Assembly (NCBI RefSeq): GCF_009914755.1
Contig: NC_060925.1
DNA length: 64,000 nt
Direction: 5' to 3' (one strand)
From: the human T2T-CHM13v2.0 reference genome, Homo sapiens
Shown: in pieces, positions 1 to 16,164 of the stretch
How the letters are laid out: each line of letters begins with the position of its first letter
Position numbering within the stretch: the first letter of the stretch is position 1
Notes under the pieces: generated by a model
What the model was told of the DNA's origin: nothing
Database searches by the model: none
What the model saw: the letters and a program-made list of their open reading frames with translations, nothing else
Translations under genes and position numbers: made by a program

Positions 1-905
1 TGGGTCTGGCTCCGGGCTGGACTCTAATTCAAGTCTTAAAAACTGTCCAAGAGGCAGACCCAGGTAAGCCCCATGCTGGGCACTGTGGGATTCCCAGTGC
101 CTTCTAGAATTTGCTTCCTAATCTACGTGTTGTCATTGCTGCCACCTCAACCCCAAGTTTGTCCCCAGAGCTGGAGGCTTGACTGTTGTTCACTTTATGG
201 CCACTGGAGGACAGTAAGAAGCACTTTCCCATTTGCACCCTTCCCGTGGGCCCCATCCATTCCTACAGCAGAGACTGTCAGACCTGCGTGCACCCCAATC
301 ATCTGAAAATCTTGTTCAAATGCTTTTGTCCTGTCCCTTACTTGCCGTGTGACTTGGGGCAGGTTACTGACTTTTCGGAGCTGAATTTCAGATTTAGCTG
401 GTTTGGGGCTGAGAGTTTGCATTCCTAAGTTCCTTGGCGATATGGCTGCTGCGGATCAGGGAGATCATCAGAGGCTAAGATCCCCTGCAGTCTCCTGGGA
501 GCCTGGCAGCCTGGGATTTTGCTCTCCTGGTCTCACAGGAAGCAGGTGGAAGTGGCCACGGCTCTCCTCCCTGGAAGGTTCCTCTACCACCTCCACCCTT
601 CAACATCCCTTATTGCTAAATCCCTAGGGAACCTTGCCACCAGAGGCCTCCATGGCCAAACAATGAACCTTTCTCCAACCACAGGAGCTCAATAGAGGGT
701 AGATGCCCTCGGAGAGAGAATAGGAAGAGGAGAAAAGTAACTGGAGAAGGCTGGAGAAGAAGGAGACAGGAGGAGTGAACCCTACACATGGATAGTGGTC
801 CTAGAGCAAGTTGCAGACAGGACAGCCACCATGGGTCTGGGCGCCTGAGATGGGAGACAGTTTGGCCCACTAAGAAGATCCTGGAGGCCGAGTCCTAGAG
901 GCCCC

Positions 906-1226
906 TGTCTTAGTCTGTTTGGACTGCTATGACAAAAATACCATAAACTGGGTGGCTTATAAACACTAGCCATTTATTTCTCGCAGTTCTGGAGACTGAG
1001 AAGTCCAAGATCAAGTTGCTGGCAGCTTTGGTGTCTGATGACAGCCCATTCCTCATAGTGGCTTCTTGCTGCCTCCTCACGTGGTAGAAGGGGTTAGCCA
1101 GCTCTCTGGGATCCCTTTTATAAGGGCACTAATCCCTCATGACCCCCTAAGAAACCCACCTCTCCCTACTTTCACATTGGGGGTTAGAGCTGAACATGTG
1201 AATTTTGGGGGAACATAAGATTCAGC
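906..1226 (-). mobile_element. MaLR LTR (MLT1A/MLT1A0-like)
   Basis: tgtcttagtc...ctgctatgacaaaataccataaactgggtggctta...ttataagggcactaatccc matches the reverse MLT1A consensus. Confidence 0.8.
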
Positions 1227-1689
1227 CCTTTCTGCACTTCCTCCTGGGTACCTTTCCCAGGCGCCTGTGGCATACGACTGAGTTCTGGTTGGTGGGATGT
1301 GGGTGGAAGTGATGCCACTCCCTGGCCTGCAGAAGCCTTCCGTGTGACTCTGCACTCACTCCCTCATGTGGTGTGTCACTGGGATGTCAAAGCCCTGGGA
1401 TGCCTCGGGATTCATGCCTTGAAGATGATGGTACCTCGGCACCCTAAATGGTTGCATGGAGCCCAGCACCCCCTCCCCAGGCCCATCAGACTTTACATGA
1501 GAGAAGAGTGAACTCCTATTGAATGAAGCCACTGGGATTTCAGAGCCTACCTCTTACAGCATCTGCCATTACCTTAACCAACATATCCGCCCCATGCTCT
1601 GATGTGAAATGAGAAAGAGCAGATACCACCATACTTCATTAGCTTCATCACAAGTACATTTAACATCTTCTGCTCCAGGATAATAACAG

Positions 1690-1920
1690 TCACCACAAAC
1701 TGAGCATTGATCATGTGCCAGCCTTTGTTAGTAACTGCTTTGCCTGTATTAATTCAGGCAATTCTCTTCACAACAATCTAATGGTTAGTAAAAGGTGGTG
1801 CTATTACAATCCCTGTTTTGCAGATGCAAGCTGAGTTAGGTGGCTGGGTGCTGTTAGGTATTGTGCCCAAGGTCACACAGCGATAGTCTCTAGTAAGAGG
1901 CCATCTGTCTCTAGCCCTCA
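1690..1920 (-). mobile_element. MIR
   Basis: MIR core: ccctgttttgcagatg...gcccaaggtcacacag. Confidence 0.65.
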
Positions 1921-2558
1921 CATGCTAAACTACACCATCTGCTCCCCAAAGACGCAAGGCCCAATCCTCAACTGTGAGGAGCTCGTGTTTCAATTGGGAA
2001 GACCTGATATATACCTGGGAGCGTGAATTTGGGATCAGGGAGCAGAATTTTTCTGACCCTACTGTTGCTTGCTAAATTCAGATATATATGACCCCAGAGT
2101 TGAAGGAGGAAAGGAAAATGAGATTAATGGGACAAGGACAGGTCCATAGTAACCTTAGGGATTTGAGCAAATAATGTATAAGTTTGAAAAACTCCATGTG
2201 AATCACATTCCCAAATTTCCCTTTCCCTCCCATTCTCTGCACCACCCTGCACTCTTCTTTAACTTTGTGGTTTCAGGTCTCTCCCAATAGTTGAACAAAG
2301 GAGAGAGTCAATAGTTGAACAAAGGAGAGAGCCTACAACAGTGCCAGGCACATAGTAGTTGCTCAATAAATATTTGTAGAGTGAATTAATGGAGAGAAAC
2401 AGTTGGCTGGAATTTGGCAGCAAGTTCCCATCTACTCAGGGTCTCAAATCATTGAATCTTATGGACCGTGGAACACTCAAGAAGCCATTTGGTCCATGCT
2501 TTGCTTCTACTGAGGACTACCTGCCAGCCACCCCCTCTTTCCTTTTCTTAAAGACTTA

Positions 2559-2860
<302 letters not shown>

Positions 2861-2934
2861 CTTAATGAATGTCAGGGCTGATGGAGACCTTTAGATACCA
2901 TCTAGCTCTGCAAGTCTCAGACTTGATCATGTAC

Positions 2935-3052
2935 AGTATTCCAGCTGTGGACCCCACTCCTAAAGATTCTGATCGAAACTGTCTAGGTTGCAGCCTAAGC
3001 ATGGGGATTTTTAGCAGCTCCCAGGTGATGCTAATGTGCAGCCAAGCTTTAG
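2935..3052. mobile_element. MER5-type hAT-Charlie MITE fragment
   Basis: accccactcctaaagattctgat...ctcccaggtgatgctaatgtgcagccaag. Confidence 0.6.
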
Positions 3053-3383
3053 AAGAAGGGATGTCTTTCAGTCCCCTCCTTTTATGGACCCAACTTCAGA
3101 GAGGGGAGGGGCATGCCCAGGATTCTCCATGGGTTATTGACAGGGCTGACCCCAAATCCAGTGAGTGCTGCTCTCTACCCAAAAGGCATCTCCATTATCT
3201 GTTCAGAAAATGCATTTTAGGGTCTCCTGGCTCTTTCAGTAGAAAGTTCTTCCTTAAGTCACATCCTTCAAGCTTTTCCTTGATCTGCCCAGAGTAGATT
3301 TAGTTTGAATCCAGCAGAAAGTGCAGCTTCACTGAGGTCCTCCCCTCTGCTCAGTTCTGTCCTCCCTTTAAAATCCTGTGCAT

Positions 3384-4007
<624 letters not shown>

Positions 4008-4494
4008 CTAACTTGAGTCATGGCCTTGGAACACAAATAATCTGTTCTCATTTATTTAAAAAATAAAACAAACCATCAGCAGCCAAAACAACACACTGAT
4101 AAAGGCTTTGGTGAAAGATGATCCAGAGTAGATAAACTGTTCCTTAATCAGCAGTGTGGTAAATAAAACCCCTCTTGGGGAGCCTTGCTGAGGGTATTTT
4201 GGGCAGCCTGGAGAGTTTTTAACCCTCATTAGCCCCAACTAAAAATGGAGCCACTGGAATTTCTGCACGCAGCTGTTAAGCAGTGAGTAGGACTTTGAGT
4301 GTGTTATTACAAACACTCTTACTGATTATGCCTCCCAATCCCTCAGGAGCAGAGGAGGAGGCTGTTTTGTGCCTATCTTCCAGGGCTGAGATCACTGCTG
4401 CTCTCACGGTTTCCTGACAATTTCTTCACCTCCCAGCCATTCCCTTGGGCTGAGTAGAACATCCCCTGCTGCCTTTTAGAACTTTGCCAATCAT

Positions 4495-4771
4495 GGCTGG
4501 GCATGGTGGCTCACGGCTGTACTCCCAGCACTTTGGGAGGCCGAGGCAGGCGGATCACCTGAGGTCAGGGGTTCAAGACCAGTCTGGCCAACATGGTGAA
4601 ACCCCATGTCTATTAAAAATGCAAAAATTAGCTGGGCGTGGTGGGGGGCACCTGTAATCTCAGCTACTTGGAAGGCTGAGGCAGGAGAATCACCTGAACC
4701 TGGGAGGCGGAGGCTGCAGAGAGCCGAGATCACACCAGTGCACTCCAGCCTGGGCAGCAGAGTGAGCCTCC
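4495..4771 (+). mobile_element. AluS
   Basis: Full dimer; the tail has expanded into a purine STR. Confidence 0.95.
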
Positions 4772-4773
4772 AT

Positions 4774-4823
4774 GAAAGAAAGAAAGAAAGGAAATGAAAG
4801 AAAGAAAGAAAGAAAGGAAATGA

Positions 4824-4871
<48 letters not shown>

Positions 4872-5032
4872 GAAAGAAAGGAAGGGAGAAAGAGAGAGAC
4901 AGAAAGAAAGAGAAAGAAAGAAAGAGAAAGAAAGAGAGAAAGAGAGAGAAAGAGAAAGAAAGAGAAAGAAAAGGAAGGAAGGAAGGAGGAAGGAAAGAAG
5001 GAAGGAAGGAGGAAGGAAGGAAGGAAGGAAGG
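4774..5032 (+). repeat. Compound (GAAA)n/(GA)n/(GGAA)n purine microsatellite
   Basis: About 260 bp of almost pure A/G, read directly. Confidence 0.97.
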
Positions 5033-5313
5033 ACGATACTGAAAGCAGAGAATGATGGCTGAGGGAAGAGGCAGGAAGAGAAAGGTGTATAGAAAAATAA
5101 TCTAGCCCAGAAAGGACAAAGTGGCCACTGCACACTGAGATGTCCCATAGATGTGTCTTCATTGGCTTGTACACTGTTTTGTGATGGAATTTCTTGCTAA
5201 CAGTTGAAAAACCTAAATACTTCCTAAAAAGATCCAGATGTCTTGAAAAAGTGTAGCTCTGAGAACATGAGGCACTTGGCCAGCGATTGGTTGACGCTGA
5301 CTAGAGGCTGCAT

Positions 5314-5316
<3 letters not shown>

Positions 5317-5347
<31 letters not shown>

Positions 5348-5629
5348 AGACAGGGTCTCACTCTGTCACCCAGGCTGGAGTGCAGTGGCATGATCTCGGC
5401 TCACTACAACCTCCACTTCCCAGGCTCAAGTGATTCTCGTGTCTCAGCCTCCTGAGTAGCTGGGACTACAGGTGTGCGCCACCATGCCCAGCCTAATTTT
5501 TTATATTTTTAGTAGAGACAGGATTTCACTGTTGGCCAGGCTGGTCTCTAACTCCTGGCCTCAAGTTGACCTGCCCACCTCAGCCTCCTAAAGTGCTGGG
5601 ATTACAGACGTGTGCCACGGCGCCTGGCT
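5317..5629 (-). mobile_element. AluS
   Basis: Poly-T of ~30 nt followed by a reverse Alu dimer. Confidence 0.95.
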
Positions 5630-5912
5630 GGAGGCTGTCTCTTTCTAAGGGGGACTGCCCTCTCCAGTTTGCCACACCCCTGTGCAGACAACTTCGCTTG
5701 TTTCTGTTATCTGTTGCCTCCCAGTTGACATCTGAGGCTACGACCCCTGATCTATTTCTACCAACCCATTTCCTGTAAGAAAAGCAGGACCCTGAGAGAT
5801 GCAGAGACCAAAATCTAAGGCAAATGGGTGAGTTTGACTTAGCTTCCCTATGATGCATCATACTTAGCTTCCCTATGATGCAATTTCTTCGTTAATAAAT
5901 GAGGAATATTGA

Positions 5913-6340
5913 TAGTGCTTGTATTAGGCTGCCATAACAAAGTGCCACAGACTGAGTGGTTTAAACAACAGACATTTACTTTCTCGCAGTTCTGGAGGCC
6001 AGAAATCCACGATCAAGGTGTTGGCAAGTTTGGCTTCTGGTGGGGGCTCTCTTCCGGGCTCGTAGATGGCCACCTTCTCACTATGTCCTCACATGGTGTG
6101 TGTGTGGAGAGACAGAGTGTGAGGGAGAGATAGAAAGAGAGGCACAGTTAGAGGAGAGAGAGAAAGTGCTTTGTGGTGTCTCTTCTTATAAGGACGCTAA
6201 TCCTATTGGATCAGGGCTCCACCCTTATGACCTCACTTAACCGTAATTACAACCCTAGAGGGTCCACCTCCAAATATAGTTGCTCTGGGGGTTAATGCTT
6301 CAACGCATGAATGTGGGGTAGGGGAGGACACACAACAGCA
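5913..6340 (-). mobile_element. MaLR LTR (MLT1B-like)
   Basis: gctgccataacaaagtgccacagactgagtggtttaaacaacagacattt...gacctcacttaacc. Confidence 0.75.
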
Positions 6341-6571
6341 CCCCTTTCCTAGGGAGGCTGTGTGAAGATGGAGTGAGTCCGTGAGAAGCACGGGGAACAA
6401 TGTCTGGCATGCAGTACGTTCTTGGTGAATCTCAGCAATAATACATACTGGTCATATCGAGGGGAAGGGTTTCCTCCTGAGCTTTTTGCAGCACCTTTTC
6501 TGTCAAAACATGTATTTGTCCTGGGCACTCACTCTGCTCCCCAAATAGCTGCCATCTTTCATGAGGCCTAG

Positions 6572-6985
<414 letters not shown>

Positions 6986-7174
6986 TAGAGCCGTGGGCTC
7001 CTGGTCTCAATCCAGTAGTACATCCAGGAGTGGATTCAGCCTCTGAATGTGCTGGCGTTGACAGTCTGAACGCACCAATGTCTTGTTTTCCCTCACGTAT
7101 TATTTGGTTCTGTGACGTCTGATCTGTTTTTCCCTTTTATCTCTGAGTGAAACACCCCCAGAAGGCATGGGGTA

Positions 7175-7482
7175 TGTGCCAGTGTCCTGAAGATTGGGGA
7201 TGCATGAGGTAGTCTCTGTCTGTTCCCCAAATCCACTTTCTTCCCTGCTCTGTGCACGGGAGGCTGCCCTCAGGGGGCTGGGCTCCTGGGGCTCCTGACC
7301 TTGCTGGCTCCTCCAGGCCTCAGTGGGAGAGCTTTCCAGATGTTTCCAGTCCTGGATGCTTCACCATCCTTGGTGTTTCCCTTCATCCTGCCTATACCTC
7401 TGTTAACATTCCCTTCACAAGTTTATTTCACTTACACCCTTTTCAGAGTTCCACCTGCACCCTGCTTGCCTCCTGACTGATA
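7175..7482 (+). mobile_element. ERVL LTR (LTR16-like)
   Basis: Ends ...cctgactgataca, typical of the LTR16 3' end. Confidence 0.45.
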
Positions 7483-8789
7483 CAGGAGGAATCTGAGCTG
7501 TATATAGTTTTCTGGGGAATAGTGGAGAAGTCTGAATTCAGATAATGCTGTCCAGTGGCTGGACATGAAGGGGATGCACCCATTGTGCTCAGGCAAGAGT
7601 TTCCGACTCTAATTTTGCTGACTATTCATAATACAAATCCTCCGGCATTCACTAAATAGGTAGGGACTGCTACCTGCCTTGCCCAGGACATTCCAGGCTG
7701 AGCTGAGATGAGCAGGTATAGCTCCCTTCACAGCACGCAGGTTCCTGGACCTTTGGAAACTCCCCAGCCTGGCTCCTGTACAATCCCAATGCCATGCCCC
7801 CAGCTTAACTGCTTGAGGTCTTGCTCATCTGACTGGACAGGCCTGTAGCAGTGTGTTCTCATTTCCGTTGGAATAAAGATGCTATCTTACTAAGCTCATT
7901 TCATTTTTGTCTTTCTGAAGTGCCAGGGAGCCCAAAGGGGAACTTCCACACACCACCCCTGCTGTCCCAAGGCATCTGAGCAACAGCTCCCCTCTGTATA
8001 AATCTGTCCAGGAAACCCCCGCAGAGGCCAGGGCCGAGCAGCTGCAGGATGGCTGCTTTCCTAGGAAGGCCAGGCACAGAGCCTGCGGCTGCACTGTTAA
8101 AAAGGTGACAGCAGGTTTCTCCCTGAAGGCTGCCATTGTAAGAGAATGCAGTTCTTTTACAGCAGATGATCCTCTTCTCTGGACAAAGAGGAGCTGTCAT
8201 CCAAGAAAGGCTTAAATTTCTGCTCCCTCTCGCCAAATGTCCTCAAAGCACCCTAGAACCCTAAACCTGCAGGAAGGACCATTATCCAGGCCCGAGGCTC
8301 TCCAGTGGATTATTCAGATGCTAATTTGGCTCTTTCCCCTGGCCGTGGTCATTTAGTTTCTTATTCTCTGCCATTTTCCCCCTCCTCTGTCATCCCCCCC
8401 TCCAAGAGATAGGTCAGAGATGTAGATGAATCTGAAATTCCAGCCACTTCCCTTGGAGGCAAAAGTTTGAAGTAACAGGGCAGTACAAAGTCTTTGATCA
8501 TCAGGACATCTGGGAAGTGTCTGTTATTACCACTTAAATCTATGTTCTTCCTGCTATTAAAAAGGAAAAGAAAGAAAAGGAAAAAGGAAATAATTATATT
8601 GAAATGATCTAGGTCTAATTCCCAGTTCTGACACTTACTAGTTACATTACCATGCAAGTTACCTAACTTTTTAAACCTCAGTTTCTTCTTTTGTAAAACA
8701 GAAATAATAATATGTATCTCACGAGGTTATTATAGTGGATATTTATTATGTATTTTCAGTCCCCATACTTTAAAACTTTTCATTCAGAA

Positions 8790-9093
8790 GGCCGGGCACC
8801 GTGGTTCAAGAATGTAATCCCGGTACTTTGGGAGGCTGAGGCGGGCGGATCACGAGGTCAGGAGATCGAGACCATCCTGGCCAACATGGTGAAACCCCGT
8901 CTCTACTAAAAATACAAAAAATCAGCTGGGTGTGGTGGCGTGTGCCTGTAATCCCAGCTATTTGGGAGGCTGAGGCAGGATAATCGCCTGAACCAGGGAG
9001 TCAGAGGTTGCAGTGAGCCGAGATCGCACCACTACACTCTAGCCTGGTGACAGAGAGAGACTCTGTCTCAAAAAAAACACAAAAACAAAAAAA
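8790..9093 (+). mobile_element. AluSc-like
   Basis: Full dimer with A-rich tail. Confidence 0.95.
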
Positions 9094-9500
9094 CCTTTTC
9101 AGAAATAATTTAAAACTTACAGAAAAGAGGCAAGAATAAGAATAGTACAAAGAACACCCATATACCCTTTACCCAGTTGCAAATATCATGCCCCTTTTTC
9201 TCTATATATTTCAGTGTGTATTTCCTACGACTAAGAATATTCTCTTATATCACCAATGTCGTTAATAAATGGATAGTTATTAGTTAACATGGATACAATA
9301 CTTTTAATCTAATCTAATATGTATATTTCAATTTTTGTCAATTGATCAAATAATATCATTTATATTTTTTCCTGCAGGTCAGGATCCAGTCTATGGTTAT
9401 CTATTACATTCAGTTATCTCTCTTCAGTCTTCTTCAGTTTGAAACATTTCTACAGCTTTTGTCTTTTATTGCAGTGACAGTTTTAAAATATGCAGTTTTG

Positions 9501-9771
<271 letters not shown>

Positions 9772-9997
9772 CTACACAAGGATCTTCCCTTTTTCCCAAT
9801 TTATTTATTTATCCATTTATAACCAATATGGACTTATGAATTCCTATTTTTTTCCCAATGATTTGTAATTCATTACTGTTGTTATTTTGTACTGAAAGTG
9901 TCCCAGATTTGAGCAGTGGAAGCTAACTCTTTGTCCTTCTGCCTTTGTGAAATGCCCTTATTATTTTTTAAGCAGCTAATTTCTGACAGAATAAGAT

Positions 9998-10872
<875 letters not shown>

Positions 10873-12050
10873 CTCGAAATGACCATTTCACCAAGGAGCC
10901 CTGGGTTTTGTTTTGTTTTTTGACAGCTGGGGAATGGTATTTAAAAACCAAAGTATGGGTTCCAGGCTTGCTCATTGCTACTAGAGCATCTTTGCTTCTT
11001 GGCTGTTTCAGCATATGGCACTAGTAAATGTACATATATAATACATACAAACATGCATAAATATGTAGATAAATACATGCATATATACATATTTTAGAAA
11101 TGAGTTCTTATCAATACCTACAACTCCAATTCATCCTACAGGGTTTCTTTTTTTCTAAATTTTAAATTCCTTTAAAAATTTGTTTCCGCTGCTTGACTCA
11201 GAGCCACAGGGTTTTGTTTTTTTTGTTTCCCCTCATTCCATATTTGTATATCTCTTCTTCCATAGTGAGAACACTGTCTCCCAACAATATCAATATATTT
11301 ATTTATTTGTTCAATCCTATAAGACATCTCGAATAGTCTCAGAATTATGCAACCTCTTTTTTTAAATGTATTTTTTTCATATAAAAACCCCGTAACGGGA
11401 TGCAGCCTCTTTTGAACACACTCTTTTTATGTCTGTGGAATTTCCCACCATGTGAGTCTTTTTTCCCTAAGATAAAATCTAAAAAACTCCCTTCCCAGTC
11501 TTCTTTGTAGGTAGGGCACAAATAAGTTACCTGGGTTCCACCAGTTAACTTCACCTGTGTGGGATGCTGGTCCACAACAAAGCAATGGGAGGAAACAGGC
11601 TCTGCCCTAAACATCTATTTATCTGGTGAGAATGGCCGATGGCTGAAAAGTCTGGAATTCAGAGTCCACTGAGTGTGTTAGGTGGAGCTCTATACAGAAA
11701 TGGCATTGGAGGTGGCAGCAAGGGCCACTCCAGCAAAGTCAATTTGGAGGCAATGCAAGTTGTGTGGTCTAGAATCAAAGGTGGTAACAGAAATTCCTCA
11801 TCAGTCCAGTGCTGAAATGTGGTTTTGGATATTGACCTTGGAAGCTTAGCCTAAAGCATAGTTCTCTAGTCCTACCAGAAATTCTGTGAGCTACTCAGCA
11901 TTCTTTAATAAATATTTTTTTTTCCTACGTGGGCAAACAGAGTCAGCTTTGATACTTATTATGAAGAATTCTGCCCCATAATTTTTTCTGATCATGGGTC
12001 ATTTTCCTCTAAAAATTTTACATTTGTTTTTCTTTAGTTTATTGTTATTA

Positions 12051-12346
12051 TTTTTTTCGTTGAGACAGGGTCTCACTCTGTCACCCAGGCTAGAGTGCAG
12101 TGGCACCATCACAGCTCACTGTAGCCTCAACCTCCCCAGGCTCAGATGATCCTCCCACCTCAGCCTCCCGAGTAACTGGGACTACAGACATGCACCACCA
12201 CGCCCAGCTAATTTTTGTATGTTTTTTTGTAGAGACAGTGTTTCACCATGTTGCCCAGGCTGGTCTCAAACTCCTGGGCTCAAGCAATGTGCTTGCCTTG
12301 GCTTCCCAAAGTGTTGGAATTATAGGCATGAACCACCACACCCAGC
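12051..12346 (-). mobile_element. AluJ
   Basis: Reverse dimer with J-type features (ctcctgggctcaagc). Confidence 0.9.
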
Positions 12347-12370
12347 TTTGTTTTTCATTTAAATAATTAA

Positions 12371-12694
<324 letters not shown>

Positions 12695-12741
12695 TTCAAC
12701 TTTTTTTCTTAAGGCTATGTCTTAACCAAGGTTCCCTAAAA

Positions 12742-12886
12742 CTTGCTTCTCAAAGTGGGGTCCTCAACTAGCAGCATCTGGGAGAGTTATTAGAAATGTA
12801 GATGCATAGGCCTCACCCCAGACTCACTGAATCAGAATCTGCATTTTAATGAGCCCCCTAGGGGATGCAAAATTTGAGAAACACTG
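12742..12886. mobile_element. MER5-type hAT-Charlie MITE
   Basis: ttctcaaagt...tttgagaaacactg termini; 8-bp TSD CCCTAAAA at 12734-12741 and 12887-12894. Confidence 0.85.
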
Positions 12887-14172
12887 CCCTAAAAATAGAG
12901 CCTGAAGCAAGGATTAAGTGCTGATGCTTTATTTGGGGGGTGTTAACTCAGAATAACAAGAGTAGGAAAAAAGAGAACTGAGGCAAGGAAAACTGGAAGC
13001 ATGCATGGTGGTGGGTTTCTATTCTGGCCTCTTCTTTATAATGAGCCTCAAAAGACACTGCAGGTTGCTTGGCAGTTGTGCACACTTGACCATGTGGCAA
13101 GTGTTTGGACAGGCTGTATGGAGAAACCCTGCCTAAGAGAAATCCACCAATGGAGGTAGGTGAGGGAATTATCCTCATAAACCTCCCATCTCCTGTTTCC
13201 CAATGGTTGCTCCACAGGGAGTTAACCCTTATGCTTCTGGGTGACAACACTCAGACACTTTGGTGGCCATTCAGAAGCCAGATTACATATCCTGTTGCAT
13301 AGTATTTTATCCAAGTGTGGAAGTGGCAGGAGGAGCCAGAGAGTACATCCACCAGCTAGTCACTCTGGTTATACAACAGCAGCCAGAGAGAAGGGCCTGG
13401 GCAGTGGGACTGGGTGGAGCTGGTTGGCTACAGCAGCAGTCAAGGCCAAGGAAATCTGAGAAGATGTCAGAAGACATATCCAATACAGCTTACCCGTTCA
13501 CCAATCAGAAAAGTTGTGTGGTGTAACATGCCAATGGATAGGACCTTCTGTAAGCTTTAGATGGTGGTGCTGGTTGAAGCCCTGTAGACAATTAAAGCAA
13601 ACCCATATATGCTATGCATATTGATTCTGGTAAAAATAAATCACTGCCCCAGAGTAGAAGGCATGCCTTTCCATTATAGATGGCTCCCACATTAGAATAT
13701 AGAGCTGCCATTCCTTAAAATAAAATAAAATAGAATAAAAACTCTTTACCTCTTTTCTAAGAGAGGAAATACAAATCCATTTATTTATAAAGTTCCCTTT
13801 AAGGTTGTGGGCAGTTGCAATTTTCTGGAAGGCCTAATGGAAGAGACAGATGCATCAAGCTACAGAAGGCTTGATTCAAGCTACTGTTACTGGTCCTAAG
13901 GCTATAATTGATATTCATCATCTCCCTTCTCCACCACCCATGCTAGACTTCCTTCTTGTCCAACACTTCAGCTGATTCATCTAGATTGGTTGCCTGATTG
14001 GATGATCTTCGTATCTAGGGGAGGAGATGGGGATCTGAAGCTCTTAGTTGAATAGCCCTTATTGAGTTATAATTGCTTTACCAGGAGTGGAACAACTAGG
14101 AGGTATCTCAGTGAATCCCCTGGATTTCCTGCAATCCAAGAGGAATAATCCAGGCTGCTAAAGGTTTTATAA

Positions 14173-14491
<319 letters not shown>

Positions 14492-15146
14492 TAACTCCTT
14501 TCTTTGCCCACCGACTTGCGGTGCTTAAGGCAGCCAGGTAAGTAGTTACAGATTCCAGGTCAGTGGAACCTCAGTGTGTGCCCTCACAGAGATATCTCCT
14601 GGGAAACCAGAACTTCTAACACAACAGAGTCCAAAGTTCCGGAAACAAAAAGCAAAAATTCCTCAAATGTATCACTGGGTATAATAGTGAAAGGGGCCAC
14701 TTCTACTTCCATCCCTTGGTTTCTGGATTCATTCTTTCTAGCCATTACAGATTAGTACCATATATTGGTCTTTATTTCAAAGTGTATAATAACCTGGAGG
14801 ACTGTGCCACAACCCTGTGAGATGTTGTCGCCTCGCTTTGCCTTATCTGAGTCTCAGCAGGCTTTTCCACGATATTATCAGGTCAGCTGCTCTTGCATGT
14901 GTGGTACATGGTAAGGCCAGTAGACCACGGTCATCAGCCCATTTTCATTCCCTCTTTCACCATAAAATAGCTCTCCTGTTTGGAGGAAGTGTTACATGGG
15001 TTAATATGTCAATGGATAAGGTGTCTATGAGCTCTCAGATGGTGGTACTTCTGAAGTCTCTGGCAGGAAAGGCAAACCCATGTATTATGTTTATATTAAC
15101 ATATGTGTTTATATCTTACCCCTTCTGTTTCTACCTCACCCCTTGG

Positions 15147-15294
15147 TAGGGTGACCATAGGTGTCAGTTTGATTGGGATGGTCCTGGTTTACACCCACTG
15201 GTATTTACCCATTGTTCCTGTGTAATCATGACTAGCATTCCTTTTTGCTCTCAACAGTGACCAAATTTGGAGAATAAATTCTGTGGTTACCCTT
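15147..15294. mobile_element. MER94-like hAT-Blackjack MITE
   Basis: TIRs tagggtgacc...ggttaccct; near-TSD ccccttgg/cccctagg. Confidence 0.75.
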
Positions 15295-15581
15295 CCCCTA
15301 GGAACACCATGCTATGTTAGCCGAGCACCATGAGTCCCTGCAGAGAAGGTCATCCTGATTGCCCCTCTACCTTGCTGTCTGTTGTGGTAAGTATGGCTGC
15401 CTTGTCCTTTATGGTGAAGTGCTCCCACCTGGCCCCTGCAATTCTGGGATTTTTATCATCTCCACTAACAATAGGAAACCCAGTTTCATAGCAGTCTTTT
15501 CCTTACCAACAACTCTGGACTACAAGGAGAGCAAGTACAACCCAACCCAACGCCTCCAAAAGCCTCCTCAATAGTGCATTC

Positions 15582-15881
15582 TTTTTTTTTTTCTTTTGAG
15601 ATGGAATCTCGCTCTGTCGCCCAGGCTGGAGTGTAATGTGGCATGATCTCGGTTCACTGCAACCTCTGTCTCCTGAGTTCAAGCAATTCTCCTGCCTTGG
15701 TCTCTTGAGTAGCTGGGATTACAGGAGTGTGCCACCACACCTAGCTAATTTTTATATTTTCGGTAGAGACAGGTTTTTGCCATGTTGGCCAGGCTTGTCT
15801 TGAACCCCTGACCTCAGGTGATCTACCCACCTCTGCCTCCCAAAGTGCTGGGATTACAGGTGTGAGCTACCGTACTTGGCC
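15582..15881 (-). mobile_element. AluS
   Basis: Reverse dimer; TSD caatagtgyattct. Confidence 0.93.
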
Positions 15882-16164
15882 AATAGTGTATTCTCTATTG
15901 GCTTAGCAGGGAGTGTCCTCTGGGCCAGCCCAGGGAACCAGGCAGGTGGTGGGTTCTTGAGCCATACCTGGGAAACACTTCAAATACTCCCACCTCCCTG
16001 AGTCTTCTGACTCCTTCCTCAATAATACATAAGGAAATCTGGCTTCTCCACTTTGCTTATTGTAGGCCATTGCTGAGACCAGGCTTTCAAGAGCCATCCC
16101 AGAAAACAACTAGGACAAGCTCCAGCCTTCCCCGCTGAACGTTAATTCTCACGTTCTGTATGTG

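Noticed and set aside
55-70. Strong donor CAG|GTAAGC near the window start
   Set aside because: No linked acceptor or coding frame can be supported; isolated consensus sites are common.
4491-5174. 227-aa F/L/S-rich ORF and 96-aa K/E/R-rich ORF
   Set aside because: Translations of the GAAA microsatellite and the adjacent Alu.
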